Shown here piece after piece: positions 24,569-39,640 of a stretch of 64,000 nt of DNA. The stretch is from the human T2T-CHM13v2.0 reference genome, Homo sapiens, in the NCBI RefSeq assembly GCF_009914755.1, contig NC_060925.1, one strand, 5' to 3'. The translations under genes and the position numbers were made by a program. Position 1 is the first letter of the stretch, and each line of letters opens with the position of its first letter. The notes beneath the pieces are model-generated. The model saw nothing but the letters and a program-made list of their open reading frames with translations. It made no database searches and was not told where the DNA came from.

Positions 24569-24870
24569 CTGGAAGACACCTTGGGCATCAGCTGCCACTG
24601 CAGCATGGAGTGGACAGCGGCCCATGTTGTCCTGGGCATTGGCATCTGCACCTGCATCCAGGAGACGCTTGGCAGCATCAGCCCGTGAGTAGCGGGCTGC
24701 AAGGTGCAGGGCCATCTCACCAGTCCGGTCTGTCTGGGCCTGGAGGCTGGCACCCTGGTAGACCAAGTCTGTGATGATGTTAGCAGAAGAGTCCTCTGCA
24801 TCTTCATCTTCATCACTCAAATCTGAGCTGCCTCCTCGGAGAGAAGCCAACATCAATGGGGTGCAGCCAT
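24569..24870 (-). CDS. NOTCH2: NOTCH2 exon 31 (302 nt; first ANK repeats)
   Basis: CTACAG|AT...CAG|GTAAAG; [13 protein letters not shown]...[12 protein letters not shown]...QGVFQ. Confidence 0.98.
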
Positions 24871-25485
24871 CTGTAGGAATGGAAAATTCCATAAAGTACT
24901 CAAGAAGGAGAAGGTAGTTAACCCTATGGTTGAAACAGCTCTATTTGACTAAAGTTATTCTTAGGGGCAAAGAATTCCCTGTACTTCTTGTAGTAACTGG
25001 TTATTAGTTTCACATTTGCCACCTTTTCCTCTGATAGTATCATTTCTGTAAAGAATAATGGGAAAGTACAAGTCTTTTTAAGCTGGGGGCTCTTCTCTAA
25101 ACACGTTTTTCTGTTCAAGTTTAAGTGCTGTTATTTTAATTGGACATTTAAAAATATCTAATATTAATAGAACAATTAATACATGCATAAGATACTAACT
25201 ATCCTCTGCTTTGGGATATTATTTTTCTATCCCACTACAATCTAACCCATTTTATCAGCCTGTTTAGTCTCAACACACTGTACATGAAGCAATGTGAAAT
25301 CCTTCCCTTTCTGAGCTGATAATTTCTTTGTGGCTACATTCCTTAAGCATTCATTTCCTCGAGCTGATTTAGAGTCTGTGAAATTGGGAAGGGGTTTATG
25401 ACTGGACAGGGCAAACACAGGGACAACAATGTGGAACCATGGGCAGACACAGCCCAGTGAAGAGGGGAAGAGGCCCGGTGCTGAC

Positions 25486-25654
25486 CTGGGCCACGGACAT
25501 TCACATCTAACACATCCACCTCCTGCTCTGCCTGAGGAGGGGTGAGAGCCAGCGATGGTGTCCTACGGATGTCTGCAGCTTCAAGGTGCTGCTGTGTCCA
25601 TGGCCGTCGATCAATGGGGTCATCTTCTTCTGAGAGTAAGGCCTCATCTTCAGC
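25486..25654 (-). CDS. NOTCH2: NOTCH2 exon 30 (169 nt; RAM-ANK linker)
   Basis: TTTCAG|GCT...CCAG|GTCAGC; [28 protein letters not shown]. Confidence 0.98.
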
Positions 25655-25779
25655 CTGAAAGGTGAAAACAATGCTCCCTATCAATCTGGCCACCACCAGA
25701 AACTGCTAATCAGAAGGTGTCCAGAGCCTCCACCACCGCTGCTTATCTCCCATTGTTTTCTCTCTTCCTACTCCTCCAC

Positions 25780-26410
25780 CCCTCCAGAGGATTACCTCAG
25801 CCTTGGCTTCCCACTGCTCTCGTGATGTGGCTCCTGCTTACCTTTCCTGCATCATCTAGACAACTCCCTCCCCCAATCCCAAACTCTAGGCTTTAGCCTT
25901 TAGATCTCCAGAGCACCCAATTCTCACTTTTCCTACCCTCCACTAGAAAGTAAACTTTAATTCTTCTTGTTGGCCCTAAAAAGCATACTCTGCTTACCTC
26001 TGCTTAACTGATCATGTGTTAAATGCTTACACAGCACTACATGGCCATCTCCACCACAAGGCTGTAAGCTTCTCAAGAAGGGAAAATAAGCCTTGTTCAA
26101 GGTTGTTTCCTTGTACTCAACATAGCACCCAACATGTAGTAAGCACTCAGGAAAGACTATTCAATAATAATAATCATGATAATTTAAAAGCAGCTACCCT
26201 TTACTGAATACCTAGTACATGACAGGAAAGTAGATAAGGCACATATGCCAACACAACAACTCACAGAGGAAAGGGTTATTATTATCCGCATTTTACAAGG
26301 AAGGATAATTACAAAGAGGTTAAGTAACTTGCCAGCTACTAAGCGGCAGAGTTTTGGATTTGAATCCAGTTCTGATATTAACTAAAGCAATCTTCTTAAC
26401 CATCATGCTC
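25780..26410. mobile_element. L2 3' fragment followed by MIR
   Basis: ctgtaagcttctcaag...catagcacccaacatgtagtaagcactcag; then attatccgcattttacaaggaagg...agaggttaagtaacttgcc. Confidence 0.6.
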
Positions 26411-26969
26411 CACCAGCTCCCAGCCATGCACAGCTGTGGATGGATGGTCTGCTTTTTCATGTCAGTCTCAGCCCAATCTACCACTTGCTTTTATATGGCT
26501 TTAGTTTCCTGGGCTCAAGGTATGGAGCCTCCAATGTCAACGTTTTGCCATGATCACTGGCTTTCATTTTGCCAATGTCAATGATAACTGGCTTTCTTCC
26601 ACTGCTTAATTTCATCTTCTCTTATAGAAGAAGTGCCCATAAAGGATAAGGAAGAGATGTGGCCATGAAGGAATTGCCATCTACACACACCATTCCTGAC
26701 TTGACTACTGCCAGCATAACACTAAAGGAAACAGATGTGCTTAGTATTTTTAAAGAGTTATTCTTGAAGAGCATATATAGGTAACCCAAGGTCATTTACG
26801 TCCTAAGGATTCCTGCTGTTTAGGAGAACCTAGGATAGTTATTGTCTGGGTAAGACATCAAGACTATCACTCTTTACTCCCATTCAGGACACTCTGGAGC
26901 TAAAGGACAGAAATTTGAAATGTAACCAGATAATGGCTGACAATGGTGGTTCTACCATGGCCACCTCAC

Positions 26970-27066
26970 CTTTACTTTCTTTGGCTGGGGCCCTTCATCA
27001 TCGACCCAGTGTTCACTTGTTCCAGTACCAATTAGGTTAGCTTCTGAGACTTGCACTGAGAGATTT
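26970..27066 (-). CDS. NOTCH2: NOTCH2 exon 29 (97 nt; RAM/NLS)
   Basis: TATTAG|A...AAG|GTGAGG; [32 protein letters not shown]. Confidence 0.97.
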
Positions 27067-27492
27067 CTAATATGATTATAAAAAGAAAAAATAAGAATGG
27101 CAGTCATAAACTAATACAGTGGTTTTCAACACTTTCCACCATGACACACTCCCGTGGCTATATTACAATTTTGCAGGGTCTTGGCCCAGAGAAGATGGGC
27201 AGTATTTTTGGTGACATTCCCTTGGCATTCATCCTTTCCCTTCCCATTGATCGTGAGCTTACAACAAAAGGGCACCTCAACACAGAAGCTGGGCGGCATT
27301 GTGATAATATACACAGAATAGATGCACCCACGCTCTGACTGTGGTTTCAGTCACTCACAAGGCATTTAGAATCATGGTCAATGTGAGTAAATGCCCAGAG
27401 CTTAGAATTTAAAATCATGATTCAACAAGATATGCTTTTCTAGTCATCCCTACTTATACTGTGAATAGTGGCTTATTGGCAATGCCTCTTAC

Positions 27493-27703
27493 TTCAGCCC
27501 CACAGCATCCTGTCCCACTGGCTCACGACGCTTGTGATTGCTTGCATCTCGGCGAAGAGTGAAACCTTCAGGCAGCCAGAGAGAGCCATGCTTACGCTTT
27601 CGTTTTGCCATGATTACCCCCAGCAGAATAATAAACAGAATGATGACAACAGCAACAGCAAGGAGATAGAGGAGCTGAGTGCGTTCTGGAGTCAGGGATT
27701 CAC
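27493..27703 (-). CDS. NOTCH2: NOTCH2 exon 28 (211 nt; transmembrane helix, S3 site, RAM WLP motif)
   Basis: TTTCAG|GT...GAA|GTAAGA; [47 protein letters not shown]. Confidence 0.98.
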
Positions 27704-27892
27704 CTGAAAGTCCACAGAGACAGGGAAAGTGCTGAATAAAACATTAACCTCTCAATGTCAGCATTAGATTCATTTAGAGGGCAACTTTGACCTCAACAGT
27801 CCTGAAAAAATAGAGGGCTACATAATGAAAATTGTTCCCCCAATTGACACTCTTCCCCCGCCACCTTTCCCCTTTACACCAGTGCCACTCAC

Positions 27893-28035
27893 TGACGACA
27901 GACACAAGAGGGTATGACAGGGTCCCCTGTATGGCGTGAGAGGCCAGGAGAGCTGCTGCTGCATCCGTGTTCTTGAAGCAGTGGTCTGAGTCTTGAACAC
28001 ACTGGCGGTTGTCAATTTCCAGAAAGACTTTAGAG
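27893..28035 (-). CDS. NOTCH2: NOTCH2 exon 27 (143 nt; HD-C, S2 site)
   Basis: CCACAG|C...GTCA|GTGAGT; [32 protein letters not shown]...YPLVSVV. Confidence 0.98.
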
Positions 28036-28893
28036 CTGTGGGATGCCAAGGGAGAAGCGGAGGAGGAGAGATGGGGGTAAAACAGAAGAGTGCAGGTCAG
28101 GCAGAACATGTCATAAAGGGTGACAGGAGCCTCCCTTCCTCCCCTTCAGCATCAGGTCCCCACCTCTGGGATGCTGCCTTAAGACATATCTCAGGAATTA
28201 GAATACTGTCCCTTGAGATCTTAAACACTAATTCCCACATAGAGGATGTCCCACCTTCCTTAGTCTGGCTGACCAAAGCCTTCTGGCTGAGGCAATGCAT
28301 GACAAAGTGAGAAGCTGTGCTTTCCTCCCGAAGGTTTCAGTGGTCTTCTTCCACTCTTTCATACCTACTCAGTGGTACTTGGTGCTACTCTAAACATACA
28401 TCCCTGTGTGTTTTTAGTCCTTATTTTCCTTTGTCTCTGCATTGGTATCTCAGCTAGCTGGAGGGTTGAAAGTTTGACAATATACCAACAAAGAGTGAGG
28501 TGTGAATGACAGAGCAACTGAAGATCATTACCTGTGTCAAAGAGACATATATTCTAAAGAAGGGCCTTAACAATAAGGCAATGATTAATGTAAAAAGGAA
28601 TGTCACTAATAAAGGGATTTGAGGCAACTCTGGCAAAAGGTTATGGATTCTGGCATCTGAGGAGGCCTTCCAGACATTCTGCCTCCTGTGTACCCCTGCC
28701 CACTTTTCAGCCAAGACGAAGGCATATCTTTACATTTAAACGTAAGTACTGGGGTAACGGGTTTATCTTAAGTGGTGGGCCATTCTATTTTTCTGATCTT
28801 TGCATTTCTATAGGTTGAGTTATGACTTGTGCTATATGTCAAAGTGCTAGGCTTCATAAAATTAGCCTTGAAGTTCAGAAACCAAACACCTAC

Positions 28894-29241
28894 CCAGCCA
28901 CCTCCTGTTCTTGTTCACCAGGAAGGGATCTGCGTGTCATCCTCTGTTTCTTCATAGCAGCTGACTTCTCACCATAATAGGGGTACACCATGAGTTCCCC
29001 CTGGGAGTCCCGCTTAATGCGCAGGTTGGTGTGGAGCAGGGTACCCAGTGCCCGCAAGAAGCTGCGAGCATCCTGGAGCAGTTGTTCAGGTGGCATCAAT
29101 ACCACAATAACCAGGGTACCTTCTGCCAGGTTCTCAGGTTGGTCAGCAGCACAGTCCAGCCCATCCCAACCACACTCCTCACTGTTGCACCCCTGGTCAC
29201 AGTGGTTGTCTTTGAAGTGGTCTGCACAGTATTTGTCATAC
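28894..29241 (-). CDS. NOTCH2: NOTCH2 exon 26 (348 nt; LNR-C, HD-N, S1 furin loop RMTRR)
   Basis: CCTAG|G...TGG|GTAGGT; [30 protein letters not shown]. Confidence 0.98.
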
Positions 29242-30561
29242 CTAGGTAAGGGGAAGCAGAGAACAGGCAAAAGAGCTCAGATTAGACTGGAGCTCTATTT
29301 GCTTTTTCATTTGGAACTACTGTGGATTTTCCTACCCATTTTCTGTGGCCCACACCCAGGACCCAAATGCCCCACAAAACCTTCTTTGCATCTCCTATCC
29401 CTGATGCCTATGCCACTCATCCTTGTTGAGTACTTCCTAAATGAAGAACATTGTACTCACTATGCTGCAGGAGCTTAGGGGCTCCCAGGCAGTTTACAAG
29501 CCTGTTAAGTCAGGTTTTCAAACAAAGCTGCATATCTGAAACAAAAGTCAACCTGGTTCATGCTTCCTCTACTTTAGAGAAATCCATTGCCCCCAGTAAG
29601 GTAACAACGGGCTTTAGGAAGTGAAAGATGCCTCTAGAAACTTGATACAAGGCCCTGAACCATTGAGAGTTGCCATACAGAGAACAATATTAACATGACC
29701 CATTTCTTTCCCTTTCAAGAGTGAATCCCAACTACAGAAGGTAAAGGCAGATGGGTATGTCCTTATAGCACACCAGATATTACTTGTACAGGCTCTTTCA
29801 ATATTTGGAAAAGGAATTAGAACCCCCAAACCTAAATGATGTACAAACTATTCCATCTATACTCTCCTCTCCTCATCCCCTACCCCTTGATATTTATACT
29901 ATTTGGTACAACTTTTCATGCTAGCTCAATCAGAAGATTAGGAGTCAAAGAAACAACTTGCTTTGGCAAGTTCTTTAACCCTTGGGCCTAAGTTCTCTCA
30001 CCTATGAAAGAATGTTAGTAATACCTATGCCTCGTGAGTTGCTGAGAATTAATTGGGATTAAATTATATGGAATGGCTAGTTAATAGGAAAGTTCCTAAG
30101 TAAACCATAGAGCATCCTATACAATTAAGACCGGGAGGGTTCACAGACTTAATCTAATTCATGCTTCCTGATAAATCTAGATGGGGAAAAACAGTCTTAG
30201 GGAAAGGAATGGGGTGAAGAGAGAGATACAGACCTTTCCATCCATCCTGCAGGCAGGTTATGTGAGAGGCTGCTTGAAGTGGGAAACACCACTTCCAAAA
30301 GTTATATCCCCCAGGAGGTCACGAAGGCAGCAGGTGAGAAGGCAAAGATAGGCAGAGAGAGAGGGTCATTATGCAATGAGCATTCCTGGCCCATTGTCAG
30401 CAAGGGAGAGCACAGGGCAGTGTGCGATGGGACAAGGCTGGCACCATCTGAAAAGCAGAGGCAGCTTAGGCTGAAGCACTGGAGTGGTTAGGAGCAAGAA
30501 CGAGAAACTGAAGTGTGTTAGTGACAGTCCCCTTCAGTTCTGGAAAACGTGAAGCCCTTAC

Positions 30562-31067
30562 TTGCATGTCTTGCTGTTCCCCTGGCATTCAAAGTTGTCA
30601 AACAGGCACTCGACCGTGTTGCACAGCTCATCACACTGGTTGTTGATATAATCCCAGCAGGGAAGTGGGGAGGAGCAGTTGGCCCAGGGGTTCTCCATGG
30701 TGAGAGAACAGTCACCCCCATCCCACTGGCAGGCATGGCTGTTGCAGGCCTCATCACAGACGCCATCCCGAGCTTTGTCGGCACAATACTGGCTCAGACA
30801 GGTGGCAGGAGGGGTGCTGGGGGGTGCCGTGTAGAGTTCACAGCGGCTACCCGAGAATGGTGGGGCACACTGGCAGGAGTAATAAGGAGGCTGGCGCTGA
30901 GGGTGGCAGCTGCCCCCGTGCTGGCAGGGGCTACTGGCACAGCCTGACTCGCAGTCCCGGGGACTGGGGCAGAAGCAGCGGGGTCCAGAGGCGGTGTGCA
31001 CACACTGCTCCCCCTTCCTACATTTCACTTGTCCACAGCTGCTCTGGCACCTTGCCCCGGAAAATCC
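30562..31067 (-). CDS. NOTCH2: NOTCH2 exon 25 (506 nt; last EGF repeats, LNR-A/B)
   Basis: CCACAG|GGA...CAA|GTAAGG; [16 protein letters not shown]...[17 protein letters not shown]. Confidence 0.98.
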
Positions 31068-31755
31068 CTGTGGAAATCAGTGAGGAAATAAAAATGGCAT
31101 TGGTAGGAAAACAGTCATATTGGAAGTTTGAGGTTTCTAGAAAACCTCCACATCTCACTCCCTTCTGTACTTCCCGTTCAGCCCAAGCCAAGGTTACTAG
31201 ACAGGTTTCCTTTTGGTATCTCCCGAGGCATAGGGATCTCTTGTTTTGGGAAGGTTTCAACCTCTGGCAGTGATAAAAGAATGGGTATAGCAAATAGCTA
31301 AAATTGAGCTTCCCTCTACTTTAAGAGACAACTTGCTTCCAAATGGTTCCTGCTAAAGAATGTAAGAGCAGCATTTCCACCAACTCTGGCCCAATCTGGG
31401 CAGTGAGATTACCCTCCAGCCTGGGGCCAAGAAGCCCCACACATCAGCCCTATTTTCAAGGGGGCACTCCACCACTTTTTGTGGTTTTCCCTTAGTTTTT
31501 CTTAAGACTGACAGTCATGGATTGGGAAGCTCACTGTTTCTGGGAGTGTCTAAACAGCTTTTATTTGTTTTTGTTTTGTTTTGTCACTTGTAAACAGCTT
31601 TAAATGGAAAAACCCAAGCACTTTCCTCTGAAAGAGCTAAAATTGAGAAATCTTCCCATTTCGAAGATTGGTAAAACCAGGTTTAATCTCAGTTCTGTTC
31701 ACAGATTGTATGGAAGAGACAATGCCCCTTCTTAGATGAGCAACAGGGCACTTAC

Positions 31756-31868
31756 CGGGGGACAACGGCAAATGAAACCATCAGGCATGTTACTGGCCAC
31801 AGCACAAGTCCCTCCATTCAGGCAGGGCATCTGGGGACACACATCGACGAAGGTTTCACAGTGCCGGC
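31756..31868 (-). CDS. NOTCH2: NOTCH2 exon 24 (113 nt; EGF), GAG acceptor
   Basis: TTTTCTGAG|GC...CCG|GTAAGT; [37 protein letters not shown]; phases fit exons 23 and 25. Confidence 0.96.
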
Positions 31869-34232
31869 CTCAGAAAATAAAAAATAAAAAAGGTTTTAAA
31901 AGGCAGAAGTAGTCACTGCAAGTTACTCAACAAACTTTGCTGGGATGGGAACTAGCCATAGGTGAAGCAAGTGTGAGAGAGTTCAGTTCTAGGCCTGTGG
32001 TAATCTGAGCATAGAAAGAAAACACTCACTGCATCTCAACATGATTGGCCTGTCACCAGCTCAGGCCAGTCCCTTACTCTGTCTTGCCTACACAGTAAGT
32101 ACCAACTCACACAACAGGGTGGGTGAGAAAAGTGACTTAAATCCCATCAAAAAAAGAGAAATCACACTTCAGCTTTTTGAAGTCATTTTAGCTTTCATAA
32201 GTTGCAAAAAAACAGTTGAAAAACTATTCACTGCATTTTGTTAATGTTATCTACTTCATAGGAGAGGCTACACCAGGCCAATACATTTAAATGGTGATTT
32301 GCGGTATAGAGAATTTTCATCTGTGATACCTCATTTCAATCACTTTTTGGCCTTTCTGTAACCTAACTCGTATTCCTTAAAACACAGCTTAATTTTCCTA
32401 GAGTTAGTTTCCTCTAGGAATAGTTCTAAAACGGAAGGCCCCTGGGGGCCACTGCTCCAAGATAAAGAACGAGGCAACTGGAACCACAGAGGAGACGCAG
32501 GGCACAGCTGGGACTCCTGGCCAACAGCAGGAGATAGGCCCCATTTGGCCGGTGGTCACTTGGGAAAGAAGAGGTAGCTTTAAAAATGAAATAAAAATAG
32601 TAATGTTTTTGGCCAACGAGATCAAGCAGCAAGAGGTATAAATGTTTGTCTCTTCAAATCACAGCAGCAGCCGCTAACCAAGAGCAGCCACCACATGGAC
32701 ACAGCTTGGTGGACCACCAGTCCCTTGCTGTTTATCTCTGCAACAGCATCCCACAATAACTGTGCTCAATGTATTCAAGGGATTTTTTTTTTTTCATTCA
32801 CAAATGTGGAAAATGCACAAACACTACTTCCTGGCTGTGGGATACTACTTCAAAGTGGTCTCCATTCCTTCCTTCTCCTGCTTCCCCCTTACTTTGCAAA
32901 TGCTTGTGTTTCCAGAGAAAAAAGCCTCAGGGGCAATGAAAGAAACAGGAGCCAGTTTTGATGCTTTGGCTTTCAAAGTGCAGTTTGGCCAATACGAGGC
33001 TGTAGACAGATTATTCATACTTATTCTGTTCCACATTGCCTCAATAGCTATTATGTTCACAATGGACTATTTCTTTTTTGATGTTAGTGTATCCAGGGAG
33101 CTTCCATATTGCAGAATCCCTCCCATTCTTTACAAAATTCCAAGATTGTAAGGTAGCATATCTTTAAAGTTGGAAGGAAAGATGGCTGGAGATGGGCTCA
33201 GGATGTAGCAGAGTTCAGCTTGATGAATTGTTTGTAAACAGACTATTAAAGCCTATTTTCTGACTCCTAAGGAATCTGATCACACCCTCCATATAAGAAA
33301 TACAACTACAGACCCCAGGAAATGCATGATAAATTTCAAATCTGAGTATCCTGCCACATCTGGATACAAACAACTATTTTAGTTCCCAAAAGTCACCATG
33401 CTGCCCTCTCCAGAAGTAACTAGTAAGTTCTTGTGATAAGACCCCTATTCTGAGGCAGAGCTTGGTCATCTTCAGGCCCTGTGATGAAAGAAAGAAGCTT
33501 GGGAACAGAGTAGGAACATGGCCAAGCCTTTACTGGGCAAGGCATTACTTGTGACCACTGCAACTTTTCATTTCATACCCACATCAACTGATCTTTGGTT
33601 AAACACACTTGAATTTGGACCTGCCCCCTTTAAGTATCTAAGCAGGGTCCTAAGCTTCTCTGAGTCCTAGGGGTGGAAAGATCATGGTGGCAGGAACTAC
33701 CCAGTAATTCAAGCCATCACATGTCAAAGGAGGCAGGGTGAAGAAACCGGAGTTAGACGTAAGGTTCCTTAAAACAAAATGTTATTTTGTTCAGATGAAA
33801 AGAGTTCTGTGAATGAATGGGGGTGATAGTAGAACAACAATGTCAATGTACTAAACAATGCCACTGAACTGTACACTGTACACTTTAAAATGATTCAGAT
33901 AGTAAATTTTAGGTTTTGGATATTTTGCCACTATTAAAAAATGTTATTTTGTTCAACTACTTTCAATATACATTGTAAAAAATATTCCTGCCATAGCATG
34001 ATATAATCAATGCACAACAAAAGAATCTCTTAGGAAAAATTAAAGGTAGACACTGATTATAACATCCATAAAGTACAGACTAAGAAAAAACTGGCTTTAA
34101 AAAATTAAGCTGCTGTTGTTTTTCTTATATAAGAAAAGCTTCACTTGGGTCTGGGACAACTCACAGGGCCCAATTTGTTCACTAAAACCATCCTCCAAGG
34201 CAGAGTGGCCAGGAGGCTAGAGAGCTTCTCAC

Positions 34233-34469
34233 CAGTAAAGGCACTACGGCAAACACACAGGTAGTCATTGGTGAGCTGTATACAGTCCAGGCTGCCCTCA
34301 GAGCTGCAGGGGTTGGAGAGGCACTCGTTGATGTCTCCCTCACAACGCTCCCCAGCAAAGCCAGGCAAGCAGCGACAACTGTAGCCTCCAATCCTATCCA
34401 TGCACTGACCACCATTAAGGCAATGGGGACCCCGGGCACAGTCATCAATGTTCTCTTCACAGAGTAGGC
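34233..34469 (-). CDS. NOTCH2: NOTCH2 exon 23 (237 nt; two EGF repeats)
   Basis: CTCCAG|GC...ACTG|GTGAGA; [29 protein letters not shown]. Confidence 0.98.
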
Positions 34470-34856
34470 CTGGAGGAAAGAGAAGAGGTACAGAATTATG
34501 AAAATCCTTTTAACCTGCTTTCCAGCAAGGGATAACCACCCTTGTTGGCATTTTCACAATGAATCAGAGTATACTCCTCAACTGGTAGTGGGACCTTGTA
34601 GTTGGGCAGGGCAAAGCACACTCTTTATTCATGACAGCTGTCATCCTGGTGAGTTGTACAAGTAAAGGAAAGAACATACTAGGGCTCCGCATGTACTCTC
34701 CCACACAATCCAGTGAAGTAGCACCCTATGGTGTAGGTCCTATTATTTGTCCCATCTCAAAGAGAAGGAAACTGGAGCTCAAGAGAGGCTCAGTAATTTT
34801 TCCAAAGTATAATCCAAAATATAAAAACAGTCCAAAAAAGAACATAACAATAAATA

Positions 34857-35433
34857 CAGTTATGCAACCGCATAATGACATTTTAGTCAATGCAGGCAGC
34901 ACATACGACAGTGGTCCCATAATGAAGCTGAAGCTGACAAATTCCTGTTGCCTAGTAACATCATAGCCTTGTAATGTCATAGCACAATTACTTTTTAAAT
35001 AAATTCAGTGTAGCTTAGGTGTACAGTATTTACAAAGTCTGCAGTAGTGTACAGTAATGTCCTAGGCCTTCACATTCACTTACCATTCACTGACTCACCC
35101 AGCAAGTTCCAGTCTTGCAAGCTCCTTTCATAGTAAATGCCCTATACAGGTGTACTATTTTTTATCTTTTATATTGTATTTTTACTGTACCTTTTAAATC
35201 TTCTACTGTACCTCTTCTTAAATATGTTCAGACACATAAATACTTACCATTGTGTTATAATTGCCTACAATATTCAGTTCAGTAAAACAAGGTGCAGGTT
35301 TGGAGCCTAGGTGTGTAGTAAGCCATACTCTCTCTGTTTGTGTAATTACACTCCATGATGATTGTACAACAATGAAATTGCCTAAGGGCATATTTCTCAG
35401 AACATATCCCCACTGTTAAGTGACCCATGACTA
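34857..35433. mobile_element. Tigger3/MER7-family (TcMar-Tigger) non-autonomous element
   Basis: TIRs cagttatgcaaccgcataatgac / gttaagtgacccatgacta, flanked by TA on both sides. Confidence 0.82.
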
Positions 35434-35722
35434 TACATAGGTTATGTAAAAATATTGGTAACAACTGGAACTGAATTTTGAATGAAATACATTTTTAAGT
35501 TTTATAATCACTGGCTTTTTTCTGTAATAGTGTATAAGTGCACCAATGCTTTTTATTTAACAAAAATAGAGGATAAATTTCCTGCTGAGAGTTCAAAAGT
35601 TATTCCATTTAAAACAGGACTAATTTATTGTACTATAGATGTAAATGAGCCATCTAGTATGAATATCTGCATATAGTGTCTTACAAAGAAACAAAAGAAA
35701 TCAATGACTATTCTAGAAATTA

Positions 35723-37545
<1,823 letters not shown>

Positions 37546-37562
37546 AATATTGAGGAAGTTCA

Positions 37563-37864
<302 letters not shown>

Positions 37865-37908
<44 letters not shown>
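37865..37908. repeat. (TATC)11 tetranucleotide STR followed by a short (AG)n
   Basis: Direct read. Confidence 0.96.
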
Positions 37909-37909
<1 letters not shown>

Positions 37910-38349
37910 CAGAGAGAGAGAGAGGAAGTTCTATATTTTGATATGAAAATATCTCCAATTAAGTAAAAAAAAATCAAGTGCAAAAAATGTGTCTAATATT
38001 CTATCTTCAGAGTAAAAAGTAAAGGAAATAAAATATCTTTGCATTTGGCTTCTCTCTACATAAAGAAATTCTGAAGGATACAGTTTTTGAAAAATTCTAG
38101 AAAGAAACACAAACAACCAAAAGTGGCGATTACATGTTTGCAGGAGAGGGAAAATTTGCCCACCAGAAGAGAGATGGGAATGAGAAGTATTTTCACTGTA
38201 TACTTTTCTATGTGTGAATACACTTTTGGTCTATATGCATATATGCATATATCACCTTATACATAGAGTAAATTGAAAACAAAAAAGTAAAAACAAACAA
38301 AATCTAGTATATGCTCCCTGTCTCAAAGAATATTTGATATTTAGGGATT

Positions 38350-38935
38350 GCTAGTAAAATGAGCATAAATGCATATTTCCCCATCAGAATGGAACCACCA
38401 GAAATAAACAGATCTATCAACTGAGAGAGAACTCAACCTCAGCCTGAAGCAAAGTAGTAGGAAGAGGCAGAACTGTTACATTTAGCCCTTGACCTGGGAA
38501 ACTGGTGGGACATGCAGGCAAAGATCTAAGGCTTAGAAATATGGTGACCAAAACACACATTGTGATGACTCTAACAATGGGGTTATGGGACTTGAGAGTT
38601 TCCTGGAATGTTTACCAATGGCCAGAGAAGTTAAGTCAGGATAAAAAAATACTGTTCCACATACCTAAACAAGCACACACAGTAAAATAATCCAAGGAAC
38701 TGTAAGTAGGATAAACTCAAAGAAATTCATACCTACATACATCATAATCAAACTATCAAAAGATAAAGAATCTTGAAGGCATCAAGAAAGAAGCAATGTA
38801 TCACATATAAGGGAACCTCAATAAGATTAACAGCATATTTCTCATTAAAAACCATGGATATCAGAAAGCAGTGGGATGATATATTCAAAGTGCTGAAAGA
38901 AAAAGACTGTCAATGATAATATCAAAACTAGTATT
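38350..38935 (+). mobile_element. Old L1 5'/ORF1 fragments
   Basis: catcataatcaaactatcaaa, cagaaagcagtgggatgatatattcaaagtgctgaaagaaaa. Confidence 0.65.
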
Positions 38936-39089
38936 CTAAGCCATCTTTACCATATGGTTAGAAGAGACAAAAATTTTGTTTCCTTCTGAAATGATCCATT
39001 CTAGGACTGGACATGTCTTATTAATTAAAAGTTCATGGTATAGTAGTGATTTTAGAGTTTGATGAATACTCATGTACTCTCCTATATTT

Positions 39090-39640
39090 CCCAGCCTCCC
39101 TTGAAGTCACAGAGACCATTTAATAATTCCGGTCAATATACTGCGAGGGATAGTGATATGTGTTGCTTCCAGACTGAGCTAGTGGAAGCTGCTGTATGAC
39201 CCTTCAAGTCTGTCCCTCTTCCCTGTACTGTGGAGGCCTTGGAGGCCAGGTGTTTCAAACCACATATCTAAAACACAGAGAAAGGTAGCCCAACACATAT
39301 TCGACTTTATTTGAGTGACAAAATCAGTGTTATATTAAGCTCTGAGATTTGAGGTTTAATTAGCTGCTATAGCTTGAAGTTTGACTGCACCAAACCACAT
39401 GTTAAAATGTGATCTCCAATGTTGGAGGTGGGGCCTAATGGGAGGTGTTTGGGTCCCTGGATCTTCTTCACTTTTCACCATGAGTGGAAACAGCCTGACG
39501 CTCACACCAGAGGCAGATGCTGGCACCGTGCTTCCTGTACAGCCTATAGAACTGCGAGCCAAATATACCTCTTTCGAAAAATAAATTACTTAGTCTCAGG
39601 TATTCTTTTATAGCAACATAAATGAACTACGATAACAGCT
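39090..39640. mobile_element. MaLR LTR pieces: MLT1-like (~39090-39360) and an internally deleted MST LTR (~39365-39635)
   Basis: cccagcctcccttgaagt; tccaatgttggaggtggggcctaatgggaggtgtttgggtc...cttcctgtacagcctatagaactg...gtctcaggtattcttttatagcaac. Confidence 0.7.

Noticed and set aside
27704-27892. Retention of short intron 27 giving a TM-less full ectodomain (stop at 27776-27774)
   Set aside because: Donor GTGAGT is strong, no polyA hexamer in the intron, and the transcript would be an NMD target
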